Position numbers and translations under genes: made by a program. From the NCBI GenBank assembly GCA_018896675.1, contig JAHIMK010000069.1, positions 1 to 56,821 of the forward strand: a stretch of DNA of 56,821 nt, read 5' to 3'. The notes beneath the pieces were generated by a model. The model searched no databases. It worked only from the letters and a program-made list of their open reading frames with translations, and had not been told where the DNA came from. This document shows, piece by piece, positions 28,580-37,999 of the stretch (positions are counted from its first letter, which is position 1; each line of letters begins with the position of its first letter). Origin of the DNA: Nanobdellota archaeon. GTDB taxonomy: Archaea > Nanobdellota > Nanobdellia > SCGC-AAA011-G17 > GW2011-AR17.

Positions 28580-30574
28580 ATGATATTAGGCAAGATTACA
28601 GGAAAGGTTTCTACGAATAGTTTTAGGTTTGAGGTAAAGGGGGATGCAAAAAAATTTGGTTATGTGCAAGTTAGTCATCCACATTATGGTTTTGTATTAG
28701 GACAGATATTAGAAATAGAAAGAACAGCTGAAGCTTCTATTGCAATATGTAATGTATTAGGCTATAGAGATTCAGATAATATTTTTCGCGGTTTAAGAAC
28801 ACCTTTTGAGCCAGGAATAGAAGTTTTAAGGGCTGATGATGATTTTGTTAAAAAAACATTAGGATTAGAGTTAGCTGGTAATGGCGCTTTCATGGGTGTA
28901 TTAGACGGCAGAAATAATTTAAAAGTCCATATTGATATTGATACATTAATAACAAAACACATATTTATTACTGGAAAAAGTGGCAGTGGGAAATCTTATG
29001 CTGTTGCTGTCATTCTAGAAGCTTTATTAGATGCTAAAGTTCCTTTAGTAATAATTGATCCACATGGGGAATATCATTCTTTTAATCAACCAAGTGAAGA
29101 TGTTGCTAAACTTCAAGAATTTCAATTAAAGCCTAAAGCTTACTTAGGGCAAATTGAAGAATTTTCTCCTGACATTGAAGCTAATCCTAGAGCAAAGGCT
29201 TTGAAGCTTAATAGTCAAAGATTAACTCCTAGTGAAATGATTAAATTATTGCCTACTAAACTTTCTAATTCGCAATTAGGCGTTTTATATTCTGCTTTAA
29301 AGAATTTGGGTAATGAATCTAGTTTTGATGATTTAATATTTGAATTAGAATCAAGTGAAGAAAGTAGTGCTAAGTGGACTTTGATTAATATGTTAGAATA
29401 TGTTAAAAGGTTAGACTTATTTTCAGATAATGGTACTTTACCTAGCGAGTTAGTTAACTTAAACAAATGTTCTATCATAAATTTAAGAGGCATTCCTCCA
29501 GAAGTGCAGGAAGTAATTGTTTACAAGTTAGCTAATGATTTGTTTATGGAACGTAAACGAGGTAATATTCCACCATTCTTTTTAGTTGTTGAAGAAGCTC
29601 AGAATTTTTGCCCTGAACGTGGTTTTGGAGAAGCTAAGAGCAATGCTATTTTGAGACAGATTGCTGCTGAAGGGCGTAAATTTGGAATGGGATTGGCTAT
29701 TATATCGCAAAGACCTAGTAGAATCGAAAAAAGTATTATTTCACAAGTTTCTACACAAGTTATTTTGAAAGTAACTAATCCTAATGATATCAAAGCTATT
29801 ACTAACTCTGTTGAAGGAATGACTTTTGAATTAGAAAATGAATTACAAAATATTCCAATTGGTACTGCATTGATTACTGGTGTAATTGATTTACCATTAT
29901 TTGTTAACATTAGACCTAGGTGTACAAAACATGGAGGTGAAGCTGTAAAAATATTTTCTAAGCTTATAGCTGATGAAAAAGTTAATGAATCAAATTTAAT
30001 GTTATTAGTACAGCCTAAGATGACTGCTAGAGATATGGAGTTAATGTCTGAAACTTCTGTAAAAGTTATAACTAAATTAGCACCTTGCGTTATGTTAAGA
30101 TGCAATCAAGGTTCTGAAGATTTTAATCTGTTAGTTGATTTGAATGAAGCTAAGATAATAAATAATGTTGAAACTAATGAAGGTGTTGAGTTAAGCAAAA
30201 TAAAGTTATATGATATTTCTGAACAGCAGAGCAAAGTTTTTCAAACTGCTTTAAAATTAGGTAAATTTAAACCTGCAGAATTATTTTCAAAATCAGGAGT
30301 GCAGTTCTCTGACTTGTATGATTTGATTACAGTCTTAGTACAAAAAGGTTATTTGGAACAAGAAGGAGATTCTTACAAAGTATCTGGACTATTGCAACAG
30401 TTTTCTAATTTGCAAACTTTAGCTGTTTATCAAAAGCCAGAATTTATACAATCTAAAAATGATGGCATGTTAGATAAAATTGTAGGAGTAGATTCTGTGA
30501 AAAGTTTGTTTGTAAAATTTGCTCAAGTTAAAAGTTTGAAAGAATGTTGGTTAGTTAAGCATATTGTTCAGTAA
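28580..30574 (+). CDS. herA: HerA-like (DUF87) FtsK-HerA superfamily ATPase with C-terminal wHTH-like extension
   Basis: HAS-barrel-like N-terminus, Walker A ITGKSGSGKSY, Walker B LVVEEAQNF, and an arginine-finger region. Confidence 0.75.
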   Translation: MILGKITGKVSTNSFRFEVKGDAKKFGYVQVSHPHYGFVLGQILEIERTAEASIAICNVLGYRDSDNIFRGLRTPFEPGIEVLRADDDFVKKTLGLELAGNGAFMGVLDGRNNLKVHIDIDTLITKHIFITGKSGSGKSYAVAVILEALLDAKVPLVIIDPHGEYHSFNQPSEDVAKLQEFQLKPKAYLGQIEEFSPDIEANPRAKALKLNSQRLTPSEMIKLLPTKLSNSQLGVLYSALKNLGNESSFDDLIFELESSEESSAKWTLINMLEYVKRLDLFSDNGTLPSELVNLNKCSIINLRGIPPEVQEVIVYKLANDLFMERKRGNIPPFFLVVEEAQNFCPERGFGEAKSNAILRQIAAEGRKFGMGLAIISQRPSRIEKSIISQVSTQVILKVTNPNDIKAITNSVEGMTFELENELQNIPIGTALITGVIDLPLFVNIRPRCTKHGGEAVKIFSKLIADEKVNESNLMLLVQPKMTARDMELMSETSVKVITKLAPCVMLRCNQGSEDFNLLVDLNEAKIINNVETNEGVELSKIKLYDISEQQSKVFQTALKLGKFKPAELFSKSGVQFSDLYDLITVLVQKGYLEQEGDSYKVSGLLQQFSNLQTLAVYQKPEFIQSKNDGMLDKIVGVDSVKSLFVKFAQVKSLKECWLVKHIVQ

Positions 30575-30630
30575 CATTTATAAATCCTTTATTGATTTTT
30601 AGAGTAAAATAACTTTCGGAGGTAAATAAT

Positions 30631-31053
30631 ATGAGACAATTAATAACAAGTTTAGGATTAGCAGGATTGTTGGCTGTTAGTTCTTTAGGTGCTGGATGTA
30701 AAGCACTTAAAAGTGAAGGAGCATTAAGAATAGAAGAATGTAATCGATTATCCCAAGAATTAAGTGCTGAAAAGGAAAATATTGTTAATCTTTATGGAGA
30801 TTTAAATAATGATGGATTTTTAACAATAAAAGAAAAAATTTTTTTGTATGCAAAAGTTGCTAAAGCAAATGAAGGATTATTAATTGAAGGGGATCATTTT
30901 AATTTCTTTAAAGATAAAAATGGAGAAGAATTAGATTGTCGTAAGGAGACTATAAATAAAAATGGGGATATTAATAGTGAATATGATCCAGAAGAATTAA
31001 GAACATTAATCAAATGGTTTCAAGGATATAAACCATTAAAAGTAGAAAAATAA
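30631..31053 (+). CDS. Secreted, lipobox-like protein with canonical EF-hand loop
   Basis: Signal peptide ending SSLGAGC. EF loop DLNNDGFLTIKE. C-terminal LIKWFQGYKP is shared with 35009-35965. Confidence 0.5.
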   Translation: MRQLITSLGLAGLLAVSSLGAGCKALKSEGALRIEECNRLSQELSAEKENIVNLYGDLNNDGFLTIKEKIFLYAKVAKANEGLLIEGDHFNFFKDKNGEELDCRKETINKNGDINSEYDPEELRTLIKWFQGYKPLKVEK

Positions 31054-31069
31054 TTCTTTTTTTATTTTT

Positions 31070-31345
31070 TTAATCCCTAACTTCAAAGTCCTCAAATTCA
31101 TCTTCAAACTCTTCTTCTTCTACATCAACGTCAAGAACTTTTGCCCCTCTAGGACCTTCTTTACAATAATCAATAATTTCTTCAATATCTGATTCTTCAC
31201 CTTCAAAAACTGCCTCTACAGAACCATCAGAAAGATTTCTTACAAAACCGTTTAGATCAAGCATAACAGCATTCTCTTTTATATTAGCACGAAAGTAAAC
31301 ACCTTGCACATCACCGGAAATTATTATTCTGACACGCTTCATCAT
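31070..31345 (-). CDS. acyP: Acylphosphatase
   Basis: GDVQGVYFR and GFVRNLSDGSVE signatures. 91 aa. Confidence 0.85.
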   Translation of the reverse strand: MMKRVRIIISGDVQGVYFRANIKENAVMLDLNGFVRNLSDGSVEAVFEGEESDIEEIIDYCKEGPRGAKVLDVDVEEEEFEDEFEDFEVRD

Positions 31346-31438
31346 AGTCTTTTTTTTATAATTAATATTTATAAATTTTTTGGAAATGGAAAAATCAAAT
31401 AAAAAGTAACATTTATAAAGGGGTTAATTCCTTAATTT

Positions 31439-31699
31439 TTGAAAATGGTATTAAATCTTGAATTAATAGAATTTGAATCAGTTGTAAGGAAGATTGTTAC
31501 AGGTGAAAAGGTAGTTGATTTAGAGAAAAAACTAGATAAATGGCATAAAAACAATCCTTCTTTTTTAACTAAAAATAATTGTAATCATATTCTAAGCATA
31601 GTTATTAATGAGAATAGGTATTTACAAGGGGAAAAAGTTCCTGAGCCTTACTTGAATTCAAGGAAAGAGCATCTTAAAACTTTAAGAAAGTGTTTATAA
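31439..31699 (+). CDS. Hypothetical small protein
   Basis: 86-aa ORF. No motif recognised. Confidence 0.3.
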   Translation: MKMVLNLELIEFESVVRKIVTGEKVVDLEKKLDKWHKNNPSFLTKNNCNHILSIVINENRYLQGEKVPEPYLNSRKEHLKTLRKCL

Positions 31700-32147
31700 G
31701 ATTCTTAATCTCTTCTAACTTAATATTTATTGTGCCTCCTTTAAATTCGCAACAACCTTTTTCAAAAGGAGTTAAAATAAAATAAGAACCCTTTCTTTTT
31801 TTAGGTATATATGGAAGACATTGTGTTAAAAGTTCCATCATAGCTGCTTGATTATCATCTAAAATTGCACAAGAATTACCTTTACAAACATTTTTTTGTG
31901 GAACAAATAAGCCATTGTTTTTTTTGAATCTTAAACTTATTGCAATTTCATCTTTTAGATCAACTGCTTTTGCAAAATCTAAATGTTCCAAGCCCCAATA
32001 ACAAGAAGAAGTACCTTCACTAAGAGCACCACAATAATGTTTTGTAATTTTAAGTAAATCTTTTACATTAAATGAATGAATGAATTCTTTTGAAGGCATT
32101 TCATCTAATATTAATCCTATGAGCCCAGTATAAGTGCAATTACCCAT
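31674..32147 (-). CDS. Hypothetical Cys-rich protein
   Basis: 157-aa ORF with several conserved-looking Cys residues. Confidence 0.4.
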   Translation of the reverse strand: MGNCTYTGLIGLILDEMPSKEFIHSFNVKDLLKITKHYCGALSEGTSSCYWGLEHLDFAKAVDLKDEIAISLRFKKNNGLFVPQKNVCKGNSCAILDDNQAAMMELLTQCLPYIPKKRKGSYFILTPFEKGCCEFKGGTINIKLEEIKNLINTFLKF

Positions 32148-32172
32148 AATTTTTAAAAGATTTAAGATTATA

Positions 32173-32637
32173 TTAAATTATCTTTATTATAAATAATCCT
32201 ATTGAAATAATTACTCCTAACAATAACACATATTCCAACCTGCCCCCCGTTGTTAAAAAACCTTTAAAATGAAATTTTAACAAAGGGCTAAATAATTTAA
32301 CACCTTCTTTTGTAAAGAGGTCACAAGTTAAATGCAACATATAACCTGAAAAAAATGCAATACCTAAGATTTTATATTCAAAATGCCATGATGCTAAAAA
32401 AACTATTAAAGGTATCCAAATTGTATGAAAAAATCCCCTATGGCCAAACAAAATATTTAAAATTATAGATAAAGGTTTTGTGTTTTGTCCTATTTTGCTT
32501 TTGCTAGTATCAATATCAGGCAATATTGCTGCAAACAAAAAAACTATAGAAAATAAAATAGGATTTTGTGGTTGAAAATAATGAAGAAAAAATAAAGAAA
32601 CCAACACAGCAAAAGCCATGTGAGTCTTGAACATCAT
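32173..32637 (-). CDS. Membrane-bound metal-dependent hydrolase (DUF457/YdjM-like)
   Basis: THMAF..., PDID and HRGFFHT motifs within TM segments. Confidence 0.65.
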   Translation of the reverse strand: MMFKTHMAFAVLVSLFFLHYFQPQNPILFSIVFLFAAILPDIDTSKSKIGQNTKPLSIILNILFGHRGFFHTIWIPLIVFLASWHFEYKILGIAFFSGYMLHLTCDLFTKEGVKLFSPLLKFHFKGFLTTGGRLEYVLLLGVIISIGLFIIKII

Positions 32638-33648
32638 TTAACGAACAACTTCCTCCGTAGTTTTTAATTCATTTAACAATTCTTTAGGATTTACTTTTTC
32701 AACATTGTTTGCTACCATTTCTAACTTTCCAAACATTTCATTTTTAACAACTCTTCCTGTAATCTTTAATTGCTTACCTAAAATTTTTGCCCTTAATTCG
32801 TCAAAATCTGAAAAATTATCTTTTAAAGCAATTAATTTTTCATTATTTAAATCTAACAAAGATTCAGCTTGATCTCTAAATGCCACAATACGGATATTTT
32901 CTGTCCCATCATCAAATATAATATTAACAACAGGCATTAATTGTTTATTAGCTGATAAATGTTCTTTACATCTACCAGTTTCTGGATTTACTTTTTTTCC
33001 GCACTCAGAACAGGCTTCATAAAATTTTGGTTCAAAAACTTGTACTATTGTCCCAGTAACTGCTGCAAAATCTCTTTCATTTAATTGAGAAATTTGTTTT
33101 ACTATGGCTTCAGGTTTTTGTCCAACTTGAACTACATTATCAATAGTTTCTCCAGGCGGATTAATCAATATTTGTGCACCTGAACCTAAATGTATTTCTT
33201 TATAACCATTATTCTCTTTGACATAAGCTCCTTTAATTAAAACAGTATTGTCTTCTTTTAATCTCTCAACATCAATCATTAATGGTTCGTCCCAAACAGT
33301 TACTCTTGATAAACCTGTGTCATCACCTATTAAAAAAGATCCTACTTTGCCTTCCCTATTCTGAGTCTTAAACTCTCTAATACCATATATTTTCTGAACT
33401 TTACCTAGAATTTCTATATTACGTTGCATTAGCTGCATTTCTTTAATTTTTATCCTGCCACCTTTAGGAGCTTCAAAAACTTTCACTCCCATTTCGTTTG
33501 CTACTATATGTGCTGCCCCTTCTTTAGAAATAAGATTAGATAATTTGTCTAATTTTTCATTAACTCTTACCTTAATTTCGTCTTCTGAAACTTTCGCTTG
33601 TATCTTGATTTTCTCTACAATTTGTTCATAAGTTAAACCTACCATCAA
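32638..33648 (-). CDS. rpa: Replication protein A-like ssDNA-binding protein (OB folds plus zinc ribbon)
   Basis: Two OB-like blocks and CSECGKKV...GRCKEH zinc finger. Confidence 0.75.
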   Translation of the reverse strand: MMVGLTYEQIVEKIKIQAKVSEDEIKVRVNEKLDKLSNLISKEGAAHIVANEMGVKVFEAPKGGRIKIKEMQLMQRNIEILGKVQKIYGIREFKTQNREGKVGSFLIGDDTGLSRVTVWDEPLMIDVERLKEDNTVLIKGAYVKENNGYKEIHLGSGAQILINPPGETIDNVVQVGQKPEAIVKQISQLNERDFAAVTGTIVQVFEPKFYEACSECGKKVNPETGRCKEHLSANKQLMPVVNIIFDDGTENIRIVAFRDQAESLLDLNNEKLIALKDNFSDFDELRAKILGKQLKITGRVVKNEMFGKLEMVANNVEKVNPKELLNELKTTEEVVR

Positions 33649-33822
33649 TAAACACCTCTCTTTTTTTATTAAAATTTTTTAAAAATGATTAGTATAGAAC
33701 GTGAACAATTATTCACTTATTAAGGTTTCTATGGTTTAGTGTAAATTCTTTAAATTTATTACTTTAAGGATAGGATTTTTAGTTGAAAACATTTAAATAG
33801 GCTATTAAAATCTAAAGTTTCT

Positions 33823-35007
33823 ATGTTAGTAGGAATTATTGGTAAGGCCAACGTTGGAAAATCAACGTTTTTCAAGGCATTGACTTTGGCGGAGGTCGAG
33901 ATAGCGAACTATCCTTTCGCTACAATAAAACCAAACCATGGCATAGGCTATGTTAAAATAGACTGTGTAGACACTTTTTTTAATACACAATGTAATCCTC
34001 GGTTCGGTTCTTGCCAAAACCATAAGCGGTTTGTGCCTGTAGATGTAATAGATGTAGCTGGTTTAGTTCCTGGCGCTCATGAAGGGCATGGTTTAGGTAA
34101 CCAGTTCTTAAGCGACTTGAATGAAGCCGATGTGTTAATACATGTCATTGATGCTGCTGGTGCAACTAATGAAAAAGGTGAACCTATTGAACCTGGCAGT
34201 TATAATCCGGTTAATGATGTCAAATTTTTAGAGCATGAATTAGATATGTGGTATTACCAGATTATAATGAGGGGATGGGATAAGTTTTCTAGAACAATAA
34301 AACAAGAAAGCAAAGAAGTTTACAAAGCTATTGCCAAGCAATTATCTGGGTTAAGAGTTACTGAAAAGATGGTTAAAGATGCAATTAAAGATTTTCCTGA
34401 AGATATAATCCAATGGGAAGAAAAGGATATTAAAAAATTAGCTTTAATATTAAGAAAAGAAAGTAAACCCATGTTAATTGCAGCTAACAAATTAGATTTA
34501 GAAACTGCTGAAAAAAATATTGAAAACTTGAAAAAAGAGTTTCCAGATTATATTATCATAGGATGTTCTGCTGATTATGAACTAGCATTGAAAGAAGCTT
34601 CTAAAAAAGATTTGATTAAATACATTCCTGGTGAAAATGATTTTGAGATTATAGGAAATTTATCAGACAAACAAAAGCAAGCTTTAGAATTCATTAGAAA
34701 AAATGTTCTTCAGAAATTTGGAAGTACAGGAGTTCAAGATACTTTGAATAAGGCAGTATTTGATTTATTAAAGTACATTACAATCTATCCTGGAGGTATA
34801 AACAAATTAGCAGATAAAGATGGTAATGTGTTGCCTGACTGTTTCTTATTGCCTGCAAAGTCAACGGCTTTAGATTTTGCTTACAAATTACATACAGATT
34901 TTGGTAAGAATTTTATTAGGGCCATTAATGTTAAAACTAAAATGACTGTTGGAAAAGATTATGCATTAAAACACAATGATGTCCTAGAAATTATAAGCTC
35001 GAAATAA
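33823..35007 (+). CDS. ychF: YchF/OLA1-like GTPase/ATPase with TGS domain
   Basis: GKANVGKSTFF G1, YPFATIKPN, DVAGLV, NKLD, and C-terminal TGS. Confidence 0.85.
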   Translation: MLVGIIGKANVGKSTFFKALTLAEVEIANYPFATIKPNHGIGYVKIDCVDTFFNTQCNPRFGSCQNHKRFVPVDVIDVAGLVPGAHEGHGLGNQFLSDLNEADVLIHVIDAAGATNEKGEPIEPGSYNPVNDVKFLEHELDMWYYQIIMRGWDKFSRTIKQESKEVYKAIAKQLSGLRVTEKMVKDAIKDFPEDIIQWEEKDIKKLALILRKESKPMLIAANKLDLETAEKNIENLKKEFPDYIIIGCSADYELALKEASKKDLIKYIPGENDFEIIGNLSDKQKQALEFIRKNVLQKFGSTGVQDTLNKAVFDLLKYITIYPGGINKLADKDGNVLPDCFLLPAKSTALDFAYKLHTDFGKNFIRAINVKTKMTVGKDYALKHNDVLEIISSK

Positions 35008-35008
35008 A

Positions 35009-35965
35009 TTATTTTAAAGTTGGACCTTTGTTTTCTTTATGAATAGTACTTTCATAAAGTTGTTTATTTTTTTCTAAGGTTTTTGAATCTACACCATATA
35101 TTTTTCCAAAACCTTCTGAAGGATTATAATTTTTAAACCAATTAATTAATTTGTCTCTATCAATTAAATCTCCACCCTTGTCATTAAATTCTCCATTTAC
35201 AAAATAAGCATTATTTTGTTTTGCAATATCCTCATATAATTTCAATTTTTCCCTTTCATCAACAGAACCATCTTTATCTGTATCACCATATTTTTCTTCA
35301 ACAGTTTGAACTATAGTTTCTAATTCTTTTTGCTTTTCTTCATTAGATGCAGATTGGTATGAAATAAATGTTGAAACACCCAAAACTAATGCACCCATTA
35401 TAGCTATTCTTTTAAAAAATTTATTTTTTAATTTTTGTTTATCAACATCCCCTACTTTATCAGTAGATTCATTTTTAGGTAATTTTTGTTTTAATTCTTT
35501 TTGAGCTTTTATAGACCTAATTTGTTCAGCTGTTAATTCCAAATGAGGATTTTTATGATAAATCTCTAAAAGTTCAGGAACTTTTTCTTCATTGACTGCA
35601 ATAGTAAATGCTTTTTTAAAATCTTCTCTCTCTAAACAACATAAATTAGTACATTCTTTAGGATATATTTGTTTTAACCATTTTTGCATATCGCCTGCAT
35701 AATAGTTTACAAAATCAATATCATTAATAGTATTATGGAACGCAATCCAATAACGAAAAAATATTTCTTTTTCTTCTGTTAAATATTTTCCAGAAAGTTC
35801 ATGGACAGCAGTTTCTAAACAATTCACCATTAAATTAACTAATGAATTATTACCCACTTTTAGTTGTTCTTTAATTTCTTCTTTATTTTCTAAAATTTTG
35901 GTTATTGGCTTTAAATTGTCAGCCATATATGCATCTATATTATCATACATTTTTTTTTCTACCAT
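35009..35965 (-). CDS. Single-pass membrane protein with extracytoplasmic EF-hand domain
   Basis: TM IAIMGALVLGVSTFISY. EF loop DTDKDGSVDERE. LINWFKNYNP tail is paralogous to 30631-31053. Confidence 0.45.
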   Translation of the reverse strand: MVEKKMYDNIDAYMADNLKPITKILENKEEIKEQLKVGNNSLVNLMVNCLETAVHELSGKYLTEEKEIFFRYWIAFHNTINDIDFVNYYAGDMQKWLKQIYPKECTNLCCLEREDFKKAFTIAVNEEKVPELLEIYHKNPHLELTAEQIRSIKAQKELKQKLPKNESTDKVGDVDKQKLKNKFFKRIAIMGALVLGVSTFISYQSASNEEKQKELETIVQTVEEKYGDTDKDGSVDEREKLKLYEDIAKQNNAYFVNGEFNDKGGDLIDRDKLINWFKNYNPSEGFGKIYGVDSKTLEKNKQLYESTIHKENKGPTLK

Positions 35966-36002
35966 AGAATGAGAAAATAATATATTATTTATAAATGTTT
36001 GG

Positions 36003-36515
36003 CTAATAAATGCCAGGAATAAGCTTTTTTGTATCTTTCATATATTTTTTATAAGAATTCCCAAAATGTTCACTTAACTTAGCTTCTACATTACTAATTC
36101 TACGCAAACCTAAAGGAAATATAACAAATAAATGTATTAACAATCCTGCCCAGCTTGAAAAAAACATTGCAATCCCAAACAATGCAATAAAAACACCAAG
36201 ATAACAAGGATGCCTTATCTTACTATACAAACCCTGAGTAACTAATTTTCTTCTTTCAATAACACTAAACTGCAAATATTGGTGTTTTAAAATTATAGCG
36301 CCAAACCATCTAATAAAAAATCCAATTAATGCTACTATAATCCCTAAATAAGATACTAAAGTAAATCCTTTATGCATAAAATACCATTCTACAAAAGATA
36401 CTGCACTAATCAATAATACCCCAAAAACTAAGAAAATTAAACTTCCTTGATCTTCTTTATGCGATTTTGTAAATCCTGTGAAGAGATAAAATAAATCTTT
36501 AAACCCCATAAGCAT
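36003..36515 (-). CDS. Isoprenylcysteine carboxyl methyltransferase (ICMT/PEMT) family membrane protein
   Basis: LVTQGLYSKIRHPCYLG motif. Confidence 0.7.
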   Translation of the reverse strand: MLMGFKDLFYLFTGFTKSHKEDQGSLIFLVFGVLLISAVSFVEWYFMHKGFTLVSYLGIIVALIGFFIRWFGAIILKHQYLQFSVIERRKLVTQGLYSKIRHPCYLGVFIALFGIAMFFSSWAGLLIHLFVIFPLGLRRISNVEAKLSEHFGNSYKKYMKDTKKLIPGIY

Positions 36516-36594
36516 TTTAAGACCCTATTTACTTAAATTCTTTACTAAAAGCAAAGATAACGCAAGTTTTTTAAAGTAGACAGGCCTTACTACT

Positions 36595-36765
36595 ATGAAA
36601 ATGGCAGATAATAAGATATCTATGCCCTCCAGTGGCGGAGGAATAATGAGGTATTTTGATGAATACAAGAGTAAAATCGAAATACCACCAACTTATTTAG
36701 TTATTGCAATTATTGCAATTAGTGTGTTTATTGTAATTTTACATAATACAAAACCTTTAGGATAA
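36595..36765 (+). CDS. Preprotein translocase Sec61-beta/SecG (archaeal); below the ORF-track cutoff
   Basis: My translation is MKMADNKISMPSSGGGIMRYFDEYKSKIEIPPTYLVIAIIAISVFIVILHNTKPLG. It carries the SxGxxRYFDE motif plus a tail-anchor TM. Confidence 0.7.
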   Translation: MKMADNKISMPSSGGGIMRYFDEYKSKIEIPPTYLVIAIIAISVFIVILHNTKPLG

Positions 36766-36772
36766 AACTAAA

Positions 36773-37096
36773 ATGTTACCTAATATGAATCCAAAAATGA
36801 TGAAGATGGCCATGAAAAAGATGGGCATCAAGCAAGAAGATATTGAAGCTAACGAAGTAATAATCAAATCTACTCATGGTGATTTAATAATAAAAAATCC
36901 TAATGTGGTCAAGATAACAATGGGTGGCGAAGATAGTTTTCAAATTACAGGCATTGTTGAAGAAATGAGCTATAAAGAAGACGATGTTAAAACCGTTGCT
37001 GAACAAGCTGGCGTTTCTGAAGACAAAGCAAAAGAAGCTTTAGAAGAAACTCAGGGAGATTTGGCTGAAGCTATTATGAAACTAACCCAAGCATAG
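36773..37096 (+). CDS. nac: Nascent polypeptide-associated complex protein (NAC plus UBA)
   Basis: NPKMMKMAMKKMGI, a NAC beta-barrel, and C-terminal UBA (EDKAKEALEETQGDLAEAIMKL). Confidence 0.85.
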   Translation: MLPNMNPKMMKMAMKKMGIKQEDIEANEVIIKSTHGDLIIKNPNVVKITMGGEDSFQITGIVEEMSYKEDDVKTVAEQAGVSEDKAKEALEETQGDLAEAIMKLTQA

Positions 37097-37098
37097 TT

Positions 37099-37566
37099 AT
37101 GGAAAAACTAAAATCTCTTATTACTGAAGCTAATGGCGCTTTGCATAAAGCTGACCATTTGGTGTATATTACATACGCACAGGTGCAAGAGACTAAGTTG
37201 CTCTATACAATTGCATACAACCTTTATGTGGCACTGAACAAAGGAATGGAAGCAGTACTGCATTATGAAAGGCTATACAAAAGAATCCCGCTTGTGAAAA
37301 GGGATTTTGAATACGAACTAGGCTTGTTCAAAAACCGTATTGGCGAATACAACATCAATAGAAGTTGTGTTTTATTGTTGCAAGACTTAAAACGTCTTGT
37401 AGAAACCAAACAAAAAGGGCCCATAGACTTTATAAGGAGAGACAAGTTCGTAATATGCTCAGAAGATTATAGTATGCAAGTGTTAAACTTGCAAAAAGTC
37501 AAGAATTATCTTGCAGATGTCAAGATATTCATGGACAGAGTGAATAGGACAGTAAGGTTAAAATAA
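37099..37566 (+). CDS. Hypothetical helical protein, paralog of the next ORF
   Basis: KADHLVYITY... aligns with RVDHLIFVTL... of 37566-37997. Confidence 0.4.
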   Translation: MEKLKSLITEANGALHKADHLVYITYAQVQETKLLYTIAYNLYVALNKGMEAVLHYERLYKRIPLVKRDFEYELGLFKNRIGEYNINRSCVLLLQDLKRLVETKQKGPIDFIRRDKFVICSEDYSMQVLNLQKVKNYLADVKIFMDRVNRTVRLK

Positions 37567-37997
37567 TGGACGGATATAATGCAATAGATGAATTGAAAAG
37601 AGTAGATCATCTTATATTTGTTACACTAAAATATACTAGAACAGTAGATATTATCCGAAACATTTTGCAAAGATTAGTTAGTTCTTTAGATTATCAAATT
37701 ACGGATGTATTAGAATATTTCAAATTGAAAGGTAAAATTAGTATGTTACCTAATGTTCCTTTAGTAAGGTGCAAAATGATGGAAGAATTGTATCCTAAAG
37801 ATAAAGAAGTAAAAGATATTATTGATTTTTATTGTAAACTAAGAGTAATTGTAAATTCTGAATATAAAAAGAAAGAAGAGTATAGGAAGAATGTCGCTTT
37901 AGTTACTGCTAAAGCTGAAGTAGATATTGACAAGTTAAAGTTATTTGCTGAAAAAACAAAAAATTATATATACTATCTTAAAGGATTAATAGAATAA
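37566..37997 (+). CDS. Hypothetical helical protein, paralog of the previous ORF
   Basis: 1-nt overlap with the upstream ORF. Stop lies 2 nt before minD. Confidence 0.4.
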   Translation: MDGYNAIDELKRVDHLIFVTLKYTRTVDIIRNILQRLVSSLDYQITDVLEYFKLKGKISMLPNVPLVRCKMMEELYPKDKEVKDIIDFYCKLRVIVNSEYKKKEEYRKNVALVTAKAEVDIDKLKLFAEKTKNYIYYLKGLIE

Positions 37998-37999
37998 AG

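Noticed and set aside
23030-30105. Antisense ORFs inside copA, drg and herA (23030-23548, 23618-24049, 24395-24601, 26257-26838, 28762-28962, 29215-29493, 29599-30105).
   Set aside because: Each lies opposite a gene with strong family motifs and has a low-complexity composition.
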